Shown piece by piece: positions 9,378-18,665 of a DNA stretch of 64,000 bases (its first letter is position 1; every line of letters starts with the position of its first letter). Origin of the DNA: Escherichia phage 310Ecol104PP. Location of the stretch: the sequence record OR062946.1; one strand, written 5' to 3'. Made by a program: the position numbers and the translations under genes. Under the pieces are notes generated by a model. It was not told the origin of the DNA. It did no database searches and worked only from the letters and a program-made list of their open reading frames with translations.

Positions 9378-9590
9378 TCATTTTTGTCCTGTATTTACTT
9401 TATGCCGATGCACGGCCTTAACTTTATCAAGGTATTTTTCAAAATTTCGCAATCTAGTATAGTCTGCCGGAGATTGGTTGAGTGATACTTCTCGACGCAA
9501 AGCTGAAATAACATTTCCAACTTCCCTACGAATTTCATCTAATTGAAGCACAGTAAGATTGCGAAGTTGCTTTTCAGTTAATTGTAGCAT
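9378..9590 (-). CDS. small hypothetical protein at the position of T4 rI.1 (70 aa)
   Basis: ORF between rI and tk; synteny only. Confidence 0.45.
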   Translation of the reverse strand: MLQLTEKQLRNLTVLQLDEIRREVGNVISALRREVSLNQSPADYTRLRNFEKYLDKVKAVHRHKVNTGQK

Positions 9591-9632
9591 ATATACCCCT
9601 TTAGTTAGATAAACCTATTTATAACTTTTGCA

Positions 9633-10214
9633 CTAACCGAGCTTTTTAGTTAATTCATTCCAATGTTTTCTACACAAAGAAACATAAATTTCATCACCAA
9701 TACAGATTTGATTACCTTCTTTAACTGGTGTTCCATCTTCCATTAATCGAGCTGTCATAATCGCTTTTTTGCCGCAATGACAAACTGCCTTTAGTTCAAT
9801 AAGTTTATCTGCAATCGCTAAAAGTTCTTTAGAACCTTCAAACAATTTTCCAGCGAAATCAGTCCTTAATCCATAAGCCATAACAGGAACATTATATGTA
9901 TCAACAATTCGGCTCAATTGATGTACTTGTTCAGTTTTTAAAAATTGGGCTTCATCTACAAATACGCAATGAATATCTTTTTGTGCTTCAGCCCATTTAT
10001 AGAACTCGAAAATATCCATATCATCTGTAATAATATTCGCTTCCTGTTTAATTCCAATGCGAGAAACGACTTCGCAGACAGAATCGCGAGTATCAATAGC
10101 AGGCTTAAGAACTAATACACTCATTCCACGTTCTTTATAATTATGTGCAGCAGTCAAAAGAGAAGCAGATTTTCCAGCATTCATTGCTGCATAAGTAAAA
10201 ATTAAACTCGCCAT
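9633..10214 (-). CDS. tk: thymidine kinase
   Basis: 193 aa with P-loop NAGKSASLL; recognised as T4 Tk-like. Confidence 0.95.
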   Translation of the reverse strand: MASLIFTYAAMNAGKSASLLTAAHNYKERGMSVLVLKPAIDTRDSVCEVVSRIGIKQEANIITDDMDIFEFYKWAEAQKDIHCVFVDEAQFLKTEQVHQLSRIVDTYNVPVMAYGLRTDFAGKLFEGSKELLAIADKLIELKAVCHCGKKAIMTARLMEDGTPVKEGNQICIGDEIYVSLCRKHWNELTKKLG

Positions 10215-10223
10215 ATCACCTTC

Positions 10224-10409
10224 TTAAAGCGTATTCACATAAGCTATTAATTCATTTTCTTTCTTATCAAACCGATCAGCAAATTCTTCCTGCTGTTCGG
10301 GAGATAGCGGGCCGTATTCATCATAAAAGGTGTTTGCTTCTATATGCTCATCTAGAAGTTCATGGATAAGCTCAAACAATTTATCTTTTTGTTCTTTACT
10401 CAGACTCAT
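10224..10409 (-). CDS. small acidic hypothetical protein (61 aa)
   Basis: ORF immediately downstream of tk. Confidence 0.4.
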   Translation of the reverse strand: MSLSKEQKDKLFELIHELLDEHIEANTFYDEYGPLSPEQQEEFADRFDKKENELIAYVNTL

Positions 10410-10575
10410 ATATTAATTTCCAGGAGTTTTAAAATAATTCGCTTTTGCTTAAATATTTCCATAGTTAAATGACCAGTATCTTTTTGACCGATTCCAATGG
10501 CAAAACCTTTATTAACAGCGAGTTCAATTAAATTATCAAGCTCACGTAACACTTCGTATTGTAACTCAAAACTAT

Positions 10576-10803
10576 TCATTTTGGTTTACCTTCTTTAACG
10601 AAATCAGGATAAGGATAAAATCCTGAATAAAATCCTTCACCTTTATGATTGATGCATCCTTTATTAGAACAATAGCACCAATAATCGAAATCACAAGCCA
10701 TTTCATCATTACATAAAGCAAAAACAACAGGCCATTTACACTTTTCACAATGGGCATGTTTAAGAATACTAGTTTGGCTCATAACCATGTAACCTTTAAG
10801 CAA
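10576..10803 (-). CDS. small Cys-rich protein, possible zinc-binding (75 aa)
   Basis: Eight-plus cysteines in CxxC-type spacing (CEKCKW ... CDFDYWCYCSNKGC). Confidence 0.45.
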   Translation of the reverse strand: MLKGYMVMSQTSILKHAHCEKCKWPVVFALCNDEMACDFDYWCYCSNKGCINHKGEGFYSGFYPYPDFVKEGKPK

Positions 10804-10991
10804 TATTCTTCTACATGTTGTTTACGACCTTTCTTATCAATAAAGGTATATTCAACGAATGTTCCAATGTAGTCTTTATCTACATCATGTGGACTATTAA
10901 TTGGACATTTAGTACGGCAAATGCGTTCCCATTGACGAATAATTTCCACTTTGTTTTTAGGATCAAACGGATGTGGGTAATGTACTTTCAT
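10779..10991 (-). CDS. small hypothetical protein (70 aa)
   Basis: ORF in tk-downstream array. Confidence 0.4.
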   Translation of the reverse strand: MKVHYPHPFDPKNKVEIIRQWERICRTKCPINSPHDVDKDYIGTFVEYTFIDKKGRKQHVEEYCLKVTWL

Positions 10992-11442
10992 AATCCACCA
11001 CTATTAAATCAATATCAGGAGTAAACATGTCGATTAATTTAGAAACCTTATCCCAATCGCCGCCAGCAATACCACAACCTATGCGTGGAATGTAAATTAC
11101 TGGTTTAAACAAAAGGGTTTCTGCCTGTAGATTTAATTCTATCATGCAGTTTACTAAAGCACCATAATCAAGATTAGGACCTGGTTCGTATTGCGTATAC
11201 AGGTTATAGCATATACCAAAACCATTAGGTTTATGTTTAAAAACAATAGACATATCGCCTAATTTATCACGAGAACCGTACTCAGTAGTGGTTTTATCTA
11301 TTTCTAAAATTTTGGGATAGGCTCTTGCTAATTGACCAGCTACACCTGAACCCATAGTATGAAAACAATTGCACCCGTGCGCAATAATATTACCTTGAAG
11401 AAATAGGGCGACAATATCGCCCTTGATATATTTTACAATCAT
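10963..11442 (-). CDS. macro domain protein, TARG1/OARD1-like (putative ADP-ribose hydrolase)
   Basis: Motifs KGDI, IIAHGCNCFHTMGSGVAG and IPRIGCGIAGGDWDKV parallel the TARG1 motifs LAHCISEDCRMGAGIA and MPRIGCGLDRLQWENV as I recall them; ATG at 11440-11442. Confidence 0.7.
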   Translation of the reverse strand: MIVKYIKGDIVALFLQGNIIAHGCNCFHTMGSGVAGQLARAYPKILEIDKTTTEYGSRDKLGDMSIVFKHKPNGFGICYNLYTQYEPGPNLDYGALVNCMIELNLQAETLLFKPVIYIPRIGCGIAGGDWDKVSKLIDMFTPDIDLIVVDYESTLPTSV

Positions 11443-11780
11443 CTAGTACTCAATCCTCGATTATAAGAATCTACCAAACGGTCAACCATTGAATGACAAG
11501 CGGCTTTATCTTTCTCCTCCGCAACTGAACATTCTAAGGTATTCCACTTTTTAGCATATCGTTTTAACAATGTATCATTTTTGTATCTGCTTGATTTATC
11601 TCTTTCTCCGTCTTTATATGCATATATTAATTTCTGCGCAAATTCAGCTTGGCATGCTTTATTTTTCCCGCAATAATCCGCTGCAGTACGGTTTACATAC
11701 TCTCTAATTTCAGTATATGATGTATCTGCTAACGCAGAAAATGAAATTAATCCTATACATAAAACCAAAATTTTAGTCAT
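11439..11780 (-). CDS. small secreted protein with signal peptide (113 aa)
   Basis: N-terminal MTKILVLCIGLISFSALA signal-like sequence; four Cys. Confidence 0.5.
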   Translation of the reverse strand: MTKILVLCIGLISFSALADTSYTEIREYVNRTAADYCGKNKACQAEFAQKLIYAYKDGERDKSSRYKNDTLLKRYAKKWNTLECSVAEEKDKAACHSMVDRLVDSYNRGLSTR

Positions 11781-12318
11781 TTACTATTTCCAAAAGTTTA
11801 TTATTTTTAAGGTAATTAGCCTTTTCTAGGACTTCAGAAGCATATTTAGAACCTGCTTTAACATTCCATCCCGAATTATAAGAGGATATTGCTTTTCTTA
11901 TATCGCCCTTATGTATATTTAACCAATAAGAAAGTTCAATGTACGCCCAGGAAGCTGAATTGGACCGTTTATTCAACATTCTTTTTATTTCAGCATCGGT
12001 CATATTATAACCAAGTTCCTTAACTCTTGCTCGCATAGTAGGCAAATAATTTTGGAACATTCCGTAGGCGTGATGCTTTGGTTTAGATTTTAAATTAACT
12101 CCGCCAGAGCTTTCTTGCCATAAAATAGCAGCCATTATATGACCTAATCCGCTCTTGTGGATATTTTTGTGTGTTTTATATTTTCCATCCTTAGAAAATT
12201 GTTCCCCGAATTGATACGCGTAACGCATGTTATCGAGTTGGACATTACTGAAAGTATGCTCGGAGCTATGTGCCATCATTGAAATGGCCAATAGACCAGC
12301 GAGTAGTGCTTTTCTCAT
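11773..12318 (-). CDS. periplasmic lytic transglycosylase-like (SLT domain) protein
   Basis: Signal peptide MRKALLAGLLAISMMAHS, then AILWQESSGG ... YGMFQ and SYNSG resembling SLT catalytic motifs. Confidence 0.55.
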   Translation of the reverse strand: MRKALLAGLLAISMMAHSSEHTFSNVQLDNMRYAYQFGEQFSKDGKYKTHKNIHKSGLGHIMAAILWQESSGGVNLKSKPKHHAYGMFQNYLPTMRARVKELGYNMTDAEIKRMLNKRSNSASWAYIELSYWLNIHKGDIRKAISSYNSGWNVKAGSKYASEVLEKANYLKNNKLLEIVND

Positions 12319-12325
12319 GCTTACC

Positions 12326-12787
12326 TCATTGAGTTTTAATTACTGCTTTAGAAGCCTTTCCTGGTAAACGACGACTGTTGATAATTGCCATCCTACATTG
12401 AAGTGACGGGTCTTTGAATTTCGCATTAGGTTTACAAACTGTAAATCCAAGCCAAAGATTTCCATCTGTGATTTCTAAACGTCCAGGACGATATTCAACC
12501 CCATCAATAAAATCCTCGTCAATGTCAGGACGCGGAGGCATACTCAGGAATTCATTAACTTCTAAAACATGGTCTTTTATTTTATGGAATAATTCAAAAA
12601 CATATGTCTCATCAATCTCCCGTTGAATTGCGCGATCAAGAAGATGCTGAGAATATTTTAGATGAAACGATGAGACCCCTGCTGCTTTTGATGCCTCACG
12701 AATCTCATTGTTAATTTGACGAAACTCCGACTCAAAGTGACGACGAAGCTTATTTCGACGGATAAAAACTTCTGTATTGATAGTCAT
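12326..12787 (-). CDS. regB: RegB site-specific endoribonuclease
   Basis: 153 aa starting MTINTEVFIRRNKLRRHFESEF, recognised as T4 RegB. Confidence 0.9.
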   Translation of the reverse strand: MTINTEVFIRRNKLRRHFESEFRQINNEIREASKAAGVSSFHLKYSQHLLDRAIQREIDETYVFELFHKIKDHVLEVNEFLSMPPRPDIDEDFIDGVEYRPGRLEITDGNLWLGFTVCKPNAKFKDPSLQCRMAIINSRRLPGKASKAVIKTQ

Positions 12788-12812
12788 GTTATTCTCCTCT
12801 TAACTGATAGAA

Positions 12813-12845
12813 AAATTATACCACAGTCAAGAGGAAAAGTAAACA
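12813..12845 (-). promoter_or_regulatory. T4-type early promoter upstream of regB (minus strand)
   Basis: gtaaac at about 12839-12844 and attatacc near 12815. Confidence 0.5.
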
Positions 12846-12846
12846 G

Positions 12847-13125
12847 TTATTCTTTAAATCTAATCAATTTATTCATAGACTTTGAAACTTCTGCATGAAC
12901 CTCATGTAAGTTTTTAAGCTGTTCAAGACGCTGTTCATAGTAAGCAATTTCATCTTCTTCGAGACAGTCCTGTGAATCTTCTTTAAGATAACGTGCATAG
13001 TCCTGAAAAGCTTTACGGACTACTTCCTGGAAGTCATCAAGACTTTGAATTTTCTTAGGAGCGGCAGATACACGACGAGGTGCAGTATAATACTCATAAC
13101 CAAACCCTGCGCTTAATTGAGCCAT
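12847..13125 (-). CDS. small hypothetical protein (92 aa)
   Basis: ATG at 13123-13125 overlapping stop of upstream gene. Confidence 0.45.
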   Translation of the reverse strand: MAQLSAGFGYEYYTAPRRVSAAPKKIQSLDDFQEVVRKAFQDYARYLKEDSQDCLEEDEIAYYEQRLEQLKNLHEVHAEVSKSMNKLIRFKE

Positions 13126-13391
13126 TAGTATTTTTCCTCTGGTTGGAACACAGCACGGCAAGCCCACATACTTGCTTCTTTGAGTTTCGTTTTAGCAATA
13201 GTTAACTGATCGAGGCTTTCGGCGTAATTCTTCGCGAGTTCATCATCTTCACAGCTATCAAATGCTTCCCAAAATTCATCGTATAAAGCGTCAAAGATAA
13301 GTCCTAAACGAACTTCAGCGTCTTTGATAGCATTCACTTTACCGATTTTCTCTTCAGTATGCGGCTTATAACCCTTAATATCTTCAATCAT
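13125..13391 (-). CDS. small acidic protein (88 aa) at a position compatible with T4 vs.4 (Acb2); identity unverified
   Basis: Synteny only (second ORF after regB); sequence not independently recognised. Confidence 0.4.
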   Translation of the reverse strand: MIEDIKGYKPHTEEKIGKVNAIKDAEVRLGLIFDALYDEFWEAFDSCEDDELAKNYAESLDQLTIAKTKLKEASMWACRAVFQPEEKY

Positions 13392-13605
13392 ATTTTACTT
13401 CCTCACCAGTACCTAAATCATATTCAACTAAACGAATAGGTTCATGAATGCCATATCCCTGAACAGAAATTTCTGTCGTAGGATAAATTCCATCAATATC
13501 ACCCATATTCCATGCTTCATTAAATTGCTGTTCGCCTGAATTACTAAACCATTCGGCGAAAGCATTTAGCACATCTTCAGAACCTTCAATAATTATCTTT
13601 GCCAT
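13384..13605 (-). CDS. small hypothetical protein (73 aa)
   Basis: ORF in the post-regB array. Confidence 0.4.
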   Translation of the reverse strand: MAKIIIEGSEDVLNAFAEWFSNSGEQQFNEAWNMGDIDGIYPTTEISVQGYGIHEPIRLVEYDLGTGEEVKYD

Positions 13606-13967
13606 TACAGACTCTCGGTAAAGGTACGAGCGATAACGTCGCGCTGCTGTTCCGGAGTCAGAGAGTTAAAGCGAACTGCATAACCGGATACACGGATGGT
13701 CAGCTGCGGATATTTTTCCGGATGCTTAACTGCATCTTCCAGAGTTTCACGACGCAGAACGTTTACGTTCAGGTGTTGACCACCTTCAATTTTAACTGTA
13801 GGTTGTGTTTCAATTTCAATTTCACGGGCATGTAAACCGTAGAAAATTTCTGGGTCTACAAAAGAGTCCTCTTTAAAGGTTTTAGAGACAATAATTCGTG
13901 CTTGAATACCGTCTTCAAAATAAATAGTACCTTTATGTGTGCCTTCAAGAATTTGATATGCTTTCAT
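13605..13967 (-). CDS. autonomous glycyl radical cofactor (GrcA/YfiD-like)
   Basis: C-terminal half ([60 protein letters not shown]) matches E. coli GrcA as I recall it, including the RVSGY glycyl-radical motif; host-like GC-rich codons. Confidence 0.9.
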   Translation of the reverse strand: MKAYQILEGTHKGTIYFEDGIQARIIVSKTFKEDSFVDPEIFYGLHAREIEIETQPTVKIEGGQHLNVNVLRRETLEDAVKHPEKYPQLTIRVSGYAVRFNSLTPEQQRDVIARTFTESL

Positions 13968-13974
13968 ATAAACC

Positions 13975-14304
13975 TCAATTAGAAAATAAATTTATCCAAG
14001 ATTGTTCTTTAATTAAAAATGGCTCAGAATCATATGCCATTAAACTCTGTGTGATTAGTCCTTTAAAAGGCCCATCAATAAATTCCATGGTAAAATATGG
14101 AATTTTATTCATTAGCCGTGCATTAGGAGCAGTACATAAAACTCTGCATCCTTTGAATACACCTTTTTGTAATTTGTATTGCTTGGGATAAAATTCGCTC
14201 AAAATGTTGTTATTTGCCAAAATTTCAAAATGATTCACCAATTTATTTTTAATAGTTTTTGGCGAAAAATAAAGATATTCGAAAAGCTGTGTGTCTGTCA
14301 TCAT
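13975..14304 (-). CDS. hypothetical protein (about 109 aa)
   Basis: ATG at 14302-14304 overlapping stop of upstream gene. Confidence 0.4.
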   Translation of the reverse strand: MMTDTQLFEYLYFSPKTIKNKLVNHFEILANNNILSEFYPKQYKLQKGVFKGCRVLCTAPNARLMNKIPYFTMEFIDGPFKGLITQSLMAYDSEPFLIKEQSWINLFSN

Positions 14305-14840
14305 TGCATTCCGATTACGAAAAACTGCGGACGAGTAATACCACCAATGCAACATTTACTATTACAGCAGTAGTGTACAGTGTCAATATGGACGCTATAA
14401 ATCTTATCCATATCAGGAGATTTGACAGGCTCATCGATTATATACAAAATTCGCGAAAGCGATAAACCTCTGAACTTACTTCCTTTATTACCAATAAAAC
14501 TGCGCACAGAATCAGTAAATAAACGAAAACGTATATCATCATTAGAATAACGCGAAAATTCCTTTTTAATGTTATTTGCAGAAATTTTAGCGTAAGCTGA
14601 AGTATTAGAAAGAACAATAACTGTTCCGCCATCATACAGCCAATTAGCAGCAAAGTTAGTCACAGCAATTGATTTACCGGATTGACGTCCACCATCTATA
14701 CGAAGTGTGCAGTACTGTTTAAGTAATTCTTCAAATGGCGGGATATATTCGTTTTTACAAATTTCTTCTACTCTAGCATCAGAATGGTGTGTAAAAGCAT
14801 TCATCAGGGATAGATACGGGCCAGTTAAAAATGTTCTCAT
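14301..14840 (-). CDS. small P-loop protein (about 179 aa)
   Basis: Walker A-like GGRQSGKS; ATG at 14838-14840 (MRTFLTGPY). Confidence 0.45.
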   Translation of the reverse strand: MRTFLTGPYLSLMNAFTHHSDARVEEICKNEYIPPFEELLKQYCTLRIDGGRQSGKSIAVTNFAANWLYDGGTVIVLSNTSAYAKISANNIKKEFSRYSNDDIRFRLFTDSVRSFIGNKGSKFRGLSLSRILYIIDEPVKSPDMDKIYSVHIDTVHYCCNSKCCIGGITRPQFFVIGMQ

Positions 14841-14981
14841 TTTATTCTCTCTAAATTTGGGCCATTCCATGGCGCATGAATTGTCCATTTCTGTATTTAC
14901 CCATTACCGCACTCAGGCTCGACCTTATTACAGGTTGGCGGGAATCCCTTATAGAATCATAAGGTCCAGGTTGTTCCCATA

Positions 14982-15455
14982 TTATTTGAATGATTTGACG
15001 TACTGAATAGAACCTTTACTATTCACAAAGGCAATTTTACCATTTTTGTTATACATGGTAGCAGTACGTTGATAACCATAAGTTTGTTTACCAGATTGAT
15101 AACCAACTAATGCAAAATTATCTTCACCCATTTTATTCTGCTTAGCGCGAATGCGTTCATGGCCATGTGCCATAAGAACCTTAGCATCACCCGTTGCAAT
15201 GGATCTACGAGTTTTTTCATCTTCAACTGTATTAACAAAGTCGTCAAATGAATCAAATTTAGCATGAGATTTATTATACAGTTTTCCATCTACTGCATAA
15301 TTATATCCTTGTACATCCATCTCAACTTCTGTACCGTCATCCAATACAGCAGTGATTTTCTGTCCTTTTTTAAATTTCAAAAGATCAGTAAAAGATTCAG
15401 CAATAATTTGAGAATTAATAGCTGCTTCAGTAATAAATTCTTGATATGTTTTCAT
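14982..15455 (-). CDS. internal protein candidate with capsid targeting sequence (157 aa)
   Basis: N-terminus MKTYQEFITEA matches the T4 internal-protein CTS (MKTYQEFIAEA-type); sits at the T4 ipII/ipIII position next to e. Confidence 0.65.
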   Translation of the reverse strand: MKTYQEFITEAAINSQIIAESFTDLLKFKKGQKITAVLDDGTEVEMDVQGYNYAVDGKLYNKSHAKFDSFDDFVNTVEDEKTRRSIATGDAKVLMAHGHERIRAKQNKMGEDNFALVGYQSGKQTYGYQRTATMYNKNGKIAFVNSKGSIQYVKSFK

Positions 15456-15471
15456 GTGTATCCTTTAATTT

Positions 15472-15789
15472 TTATTCTTTAGGGAAGTTTTTAGAATATG
15501 CATCATAAAGCTTATTTCCAATACGGCGGAAAACTCTAGCCGCAAAACGATTTTCTGGGTTTTTAATCATGATTTGCATCATATAAGTACCCGCGTCAGA
15601 AAGAGCTTCTTCATAGTACCCGTTAATTTCTTTAAGAGTCCTACGTTTACCACCAGGACCATCAACAGTGATTTTCCATTTACCTGTAGAAGTGCGACTT
15701 GGCGGCTCAACTTGTTCAATCCAGATATAACCACCTTCTACACGTTGTCCTGCAGCAGATTCTGCAATAAATTCTTTATACGTTTTCAT
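15472..15789 (-). CDS. internal protein candidate with capsid targeting sequence (105 aa)
   Basis: N-terminus MKTYKEFIAES; adjacent to the other CTS gene and to e. Confidence 0.65.
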   Translation of the reverse strand: MKTYKEFIAESAAGQRVEGGYIWIEQVEPPSRTSTGKWKITVDGPGGKRRTLKEINGYYEEALSDAGTYMMQIMIKNPENRFAARVFRRIGNKLYDAYSKNFPKE

Positions 15790-15823
15790 GTGTTTCCTTT
15801 AAATATTTTAATTAGTAACTGTG

Positions 15824-15857
15824 AATATACTATCACAGTTCTAGGAGAAAGTAAACA
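15824..15857 (-). promoter_or_regulatory. T4-type early promoter upstream of the CTS genes (minus strand)
   Basis: gtaaac at 15851-15856 and atatactatc near 15825. Confidence 0.5.
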
Positions 15858-15860
15858 ACT

Positions 15861-16391
<531 letters not shown>

Positions 16392-16847
16392 TTAAAAGAG
16401 GTTGTTCATTATTCGGTAAAGTGAAGGACCCATCACATATTGCCACTGAGTGCGAGGAATAAGAGCAAAAGCATCCATCTCTGGAATCATAACGCCATCT
16501 TTATTTTCAAAATAAGACTCGCAATGGCAATTTCTGAACATCTCATGCTCTACTGGAATCGTATAATAAAACAACTGTAGGTCTTTATTACTAGAATATT
16601 TAAATACACCTAGGTCTTCTAGAAGGTCTGGATTATAATTGCTAAAACCGGTCTCTTCTAAGCATTCTCTTCGTGCTGCATCTAATGCGCTTAAATCAGA
16701 ATTTTCTACACGGCCCTTTGGAATATCCCAACGATGTGCCATCATTCCAGGCTTACGAGAACCAGTAACCCGACCCATAAATAAATCTTTATCTTCTGTC
16801 ATAAAAATAATACCAGCTGATAATGTTTTCATTTTAATTTCCTGCAT
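16392..16847 (-). CDS. nudE: Nudix hydrolase
   Basis: Nudix box GRVENSDLSALDAARRECLEETGF; 151 aa adjacent to e as in T4. Confidence 0.8.
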   Translation of the reverse strand: MQEIKMKTLSAGIIFMTEDKDLFMGRVTGSRKPGMMAHRWDIPKGRVENSDLSALDAARRECLEETGFSNYNPDLLEDLGVFKYSSNKDLQLFYYTIPVEHEMFRNCHCESYFENKDGVMIPEMDAFALIPRTQWQYVMGPSLYRIMNNLF

Positions 16848-17317
16848 TCAGTGATAAAGTTATTTAAATTTTGAGTATATTTCTTTTCATCAAAAATCTT
16901 TTGCTGCCTACGTAACCGCCATGGCATTTCAATGAACACGCACCATATTCCTGATAGTACTGCTGCTGTAAAAATATTAACAAGTATAATTAAAAGAATC
17001 CAATCTTCCGTTCTGCCTACTGGACTTTCTCCAAAGAAGCAAAATACAAATGATGTCACAGGAAGACTAATGATATACCACAGAAGAACCTTCTTATCTG
17101 TGAACCAATCAGCATTCGTTAACTTAGCGCGACCATTTTGAATACACACGAATTTATCATCTGTTACAGTAAATGGCTTAGCTGCTTGATATCCCATTCT
17201 AAACTCCCTAATTAATCGCTTCTTTGTATCTTCAGAACAACCATTCCAGTCAACTCTATCAACTGGAATGCCATCATCCCCATCATCTAAATCATACCAG
17301 CGAGTTTTTAAAATCAT
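16829..17317 (-). CDS. membrane protein (about 162 aa)
   Basis: Hydrophobic segments (LLWYIISLPVTSFVFCFF; ILLIILVNIFTAAVLSGIWCVFI); track start is TTG, ATG at 17315-17317. Confidence 0.5.
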   Translation of the reverse strand: MILKTRWYDLDDGDDGIPVDRVDWNGCSEDTKKRLIREFRMGYQAAKPFTVTDDKFVCIQNGRAKLTNADWFTDKKVLLWYIISLPVTSFVFCFFGESPVGRTEDWILLIILVNIFTAAVLSGIWCVFIEMPWRLRRQQKIFDEKKYTQNLNNFITECRKLK

Positions 17318-17676
17318 CTGATTTTCCTGCAATCACTCACAAACTCTTTCATTGCTTCATTTTCAATATAAGAAATGTAGCTATTATATTCCTTTAATTG
17401 TATTTTGTAATCCTTTTTTCTTTGCCAATTTATTTTAAAATTATCATAATGAAAATATAAAATGATACCAAAGAATGAAAATAATGAAATAATTTTAGTA
17501 TAACAAAGCTCATTCCAAACTTCTGTTATATTTACTGTGCCGTCGATGTTTAAAATAAGACAGTCAATTAACAATCCAAAAAGACTACCCGCAAGAGCTG
17601 CAGCCAACGCCACAGCAAAAATTAAAAATGACTCAGAAAACGAATATTTGACTTTATTTAGTTTTGGCTTTTGCAT
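17314..17676 (-). CDS. membrane protein (120 aa)
   Basis: Two hydrophobic segments (FLIFAVALAAALAGSLFGLLIDCLIL; IISLFSFFGIILYF). Confidence 0.5.
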   Translation of the reverse strand: MQKPKLNKVKYSFSESFLIFAVALAAALAGSLFGLLIDCLILNIDGTVNITEVWNELCYTKIISLFSFFGIILYFHYDNFKINWQRKKDYKIQLKEYNSYISYIENEAMKEFVSDCRKIR

Positions 17677-18050
17677 CGTGATTCCTTAACAAATTTCATA
17701 ATTTCATTAAATTCATACTCAGCAAGTTTAAGCTGGTGTTCCTTTTTAATCTTTTTACACTGAGCTTTCCAATCGTGTACACGTTTACGATAATGTCTTC
17801 CTTGATACCAGTATCCTACCCAATTTACGGGTACTAATAAAAGTGGAACTACCAATGGAAGAATTAGCATTAACACAAGTATTTCGCCAGAATCAATATC
17901 AGTCATAACATCTAAAACACCTCCAATAATCAATAGAATTACAAATGATATAAGTATAACAGGACCTATTAATACATCAGTAGAAATTATCTGGTGCTTT
18001 GATTCATACTTCAAAGGTTTACTTGGAAGGTATAGTGATGGTTTTGACAT
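17658..18050 (-). CDS. membrane protein (about 130 aa)
   Basis: Hydrophobic segments (LIGPVILISFVILLIIGGVL; LVLMLILPLVVPLLLVPV); ATG at 18048-18050. Confidence 0.5.
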   Translation of the reverse strand: MSKPSLYLPSKPLKYESKHQIISTDVLIGPVILISFVILLIIGGVLDVMTDIDSGEILVLMLILPLVVPLLLVPVNWVGYWYQGRHYRKRVHDWKAQCKKIKKEHQLKLAEYEFNEIMKFVKESRCKSQN

Positions 18051-18624
18051 ATTCTCTACATTCCTTAACAAATTTTTCTAATAATAAATCGCTTTCAAAA
18101 TTGGGATTTTCCACGAATTTATCAAAAAGATCATCAACAATAGTTAAGATATTCTTTTTACTAAGAATACGTTTATTTTCATGCTTTGTTTCAGAATCAA
18201 CTATAAGAGTAAAGAAATATTTCTTTCCCTGAAATTTTACCGTAGTATCAATATAAAATAAATTTGACTTTTGTAAATTACGTTTAAACCATGCGTCACT
18301 TAAACTATAAACGCCAAGATAATCATAATCGTCGTTTAAATAACAAACCGTCCATTCAGGAGAAATGAAATCAGTAAATTCAACATCAAAATCACATGTC
18401 AATGAATGAATTGATTCAATACTTTTAATGAGTATTCCAGGACGTATTAAAGACTTTTTACCTTTATAAAATCCAGAAAGACTTTCATCAGTTTCATATG
18501 AAGACCCCCAATAGTAATTACGTCCTTCTGCCATGCGTTTAAGAGCATTTAGTAATTGGTCTGGAACATCAACCTGTCTTTGGAACTCTTCAAACATTGA
18601 ATTGAAATCACTTTGCATTTTCAT
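18019..18624 (-). CDS. hypothetical protein (201 aa)
   Basis: ORF in array between nudE and tRNA cluster. Confidence 0.5.
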   Translation of the reverse strand: MKMQSDFNSMFEEFQRQVDVPDQLLNALKRMAEGRNYYWGSSYETDESLSGFYKGKKSLIRPGILIKSIESIHSLTCDFDVEFTDFISPEWTVCYLNDDYDYLGVYSLSDAWFKRNLQKSNLFYIDTTVKFQGKKYFFTLIVDSETKHENKRILSKKNILTIVDDLFDKFVENPNFESDLLLEKFVKECREYVKTITIPSK

Positions 18625-18665
18625 TCCTATTTACTCCAAGTAATAGGGGCCGAAGCCCCTTATCA

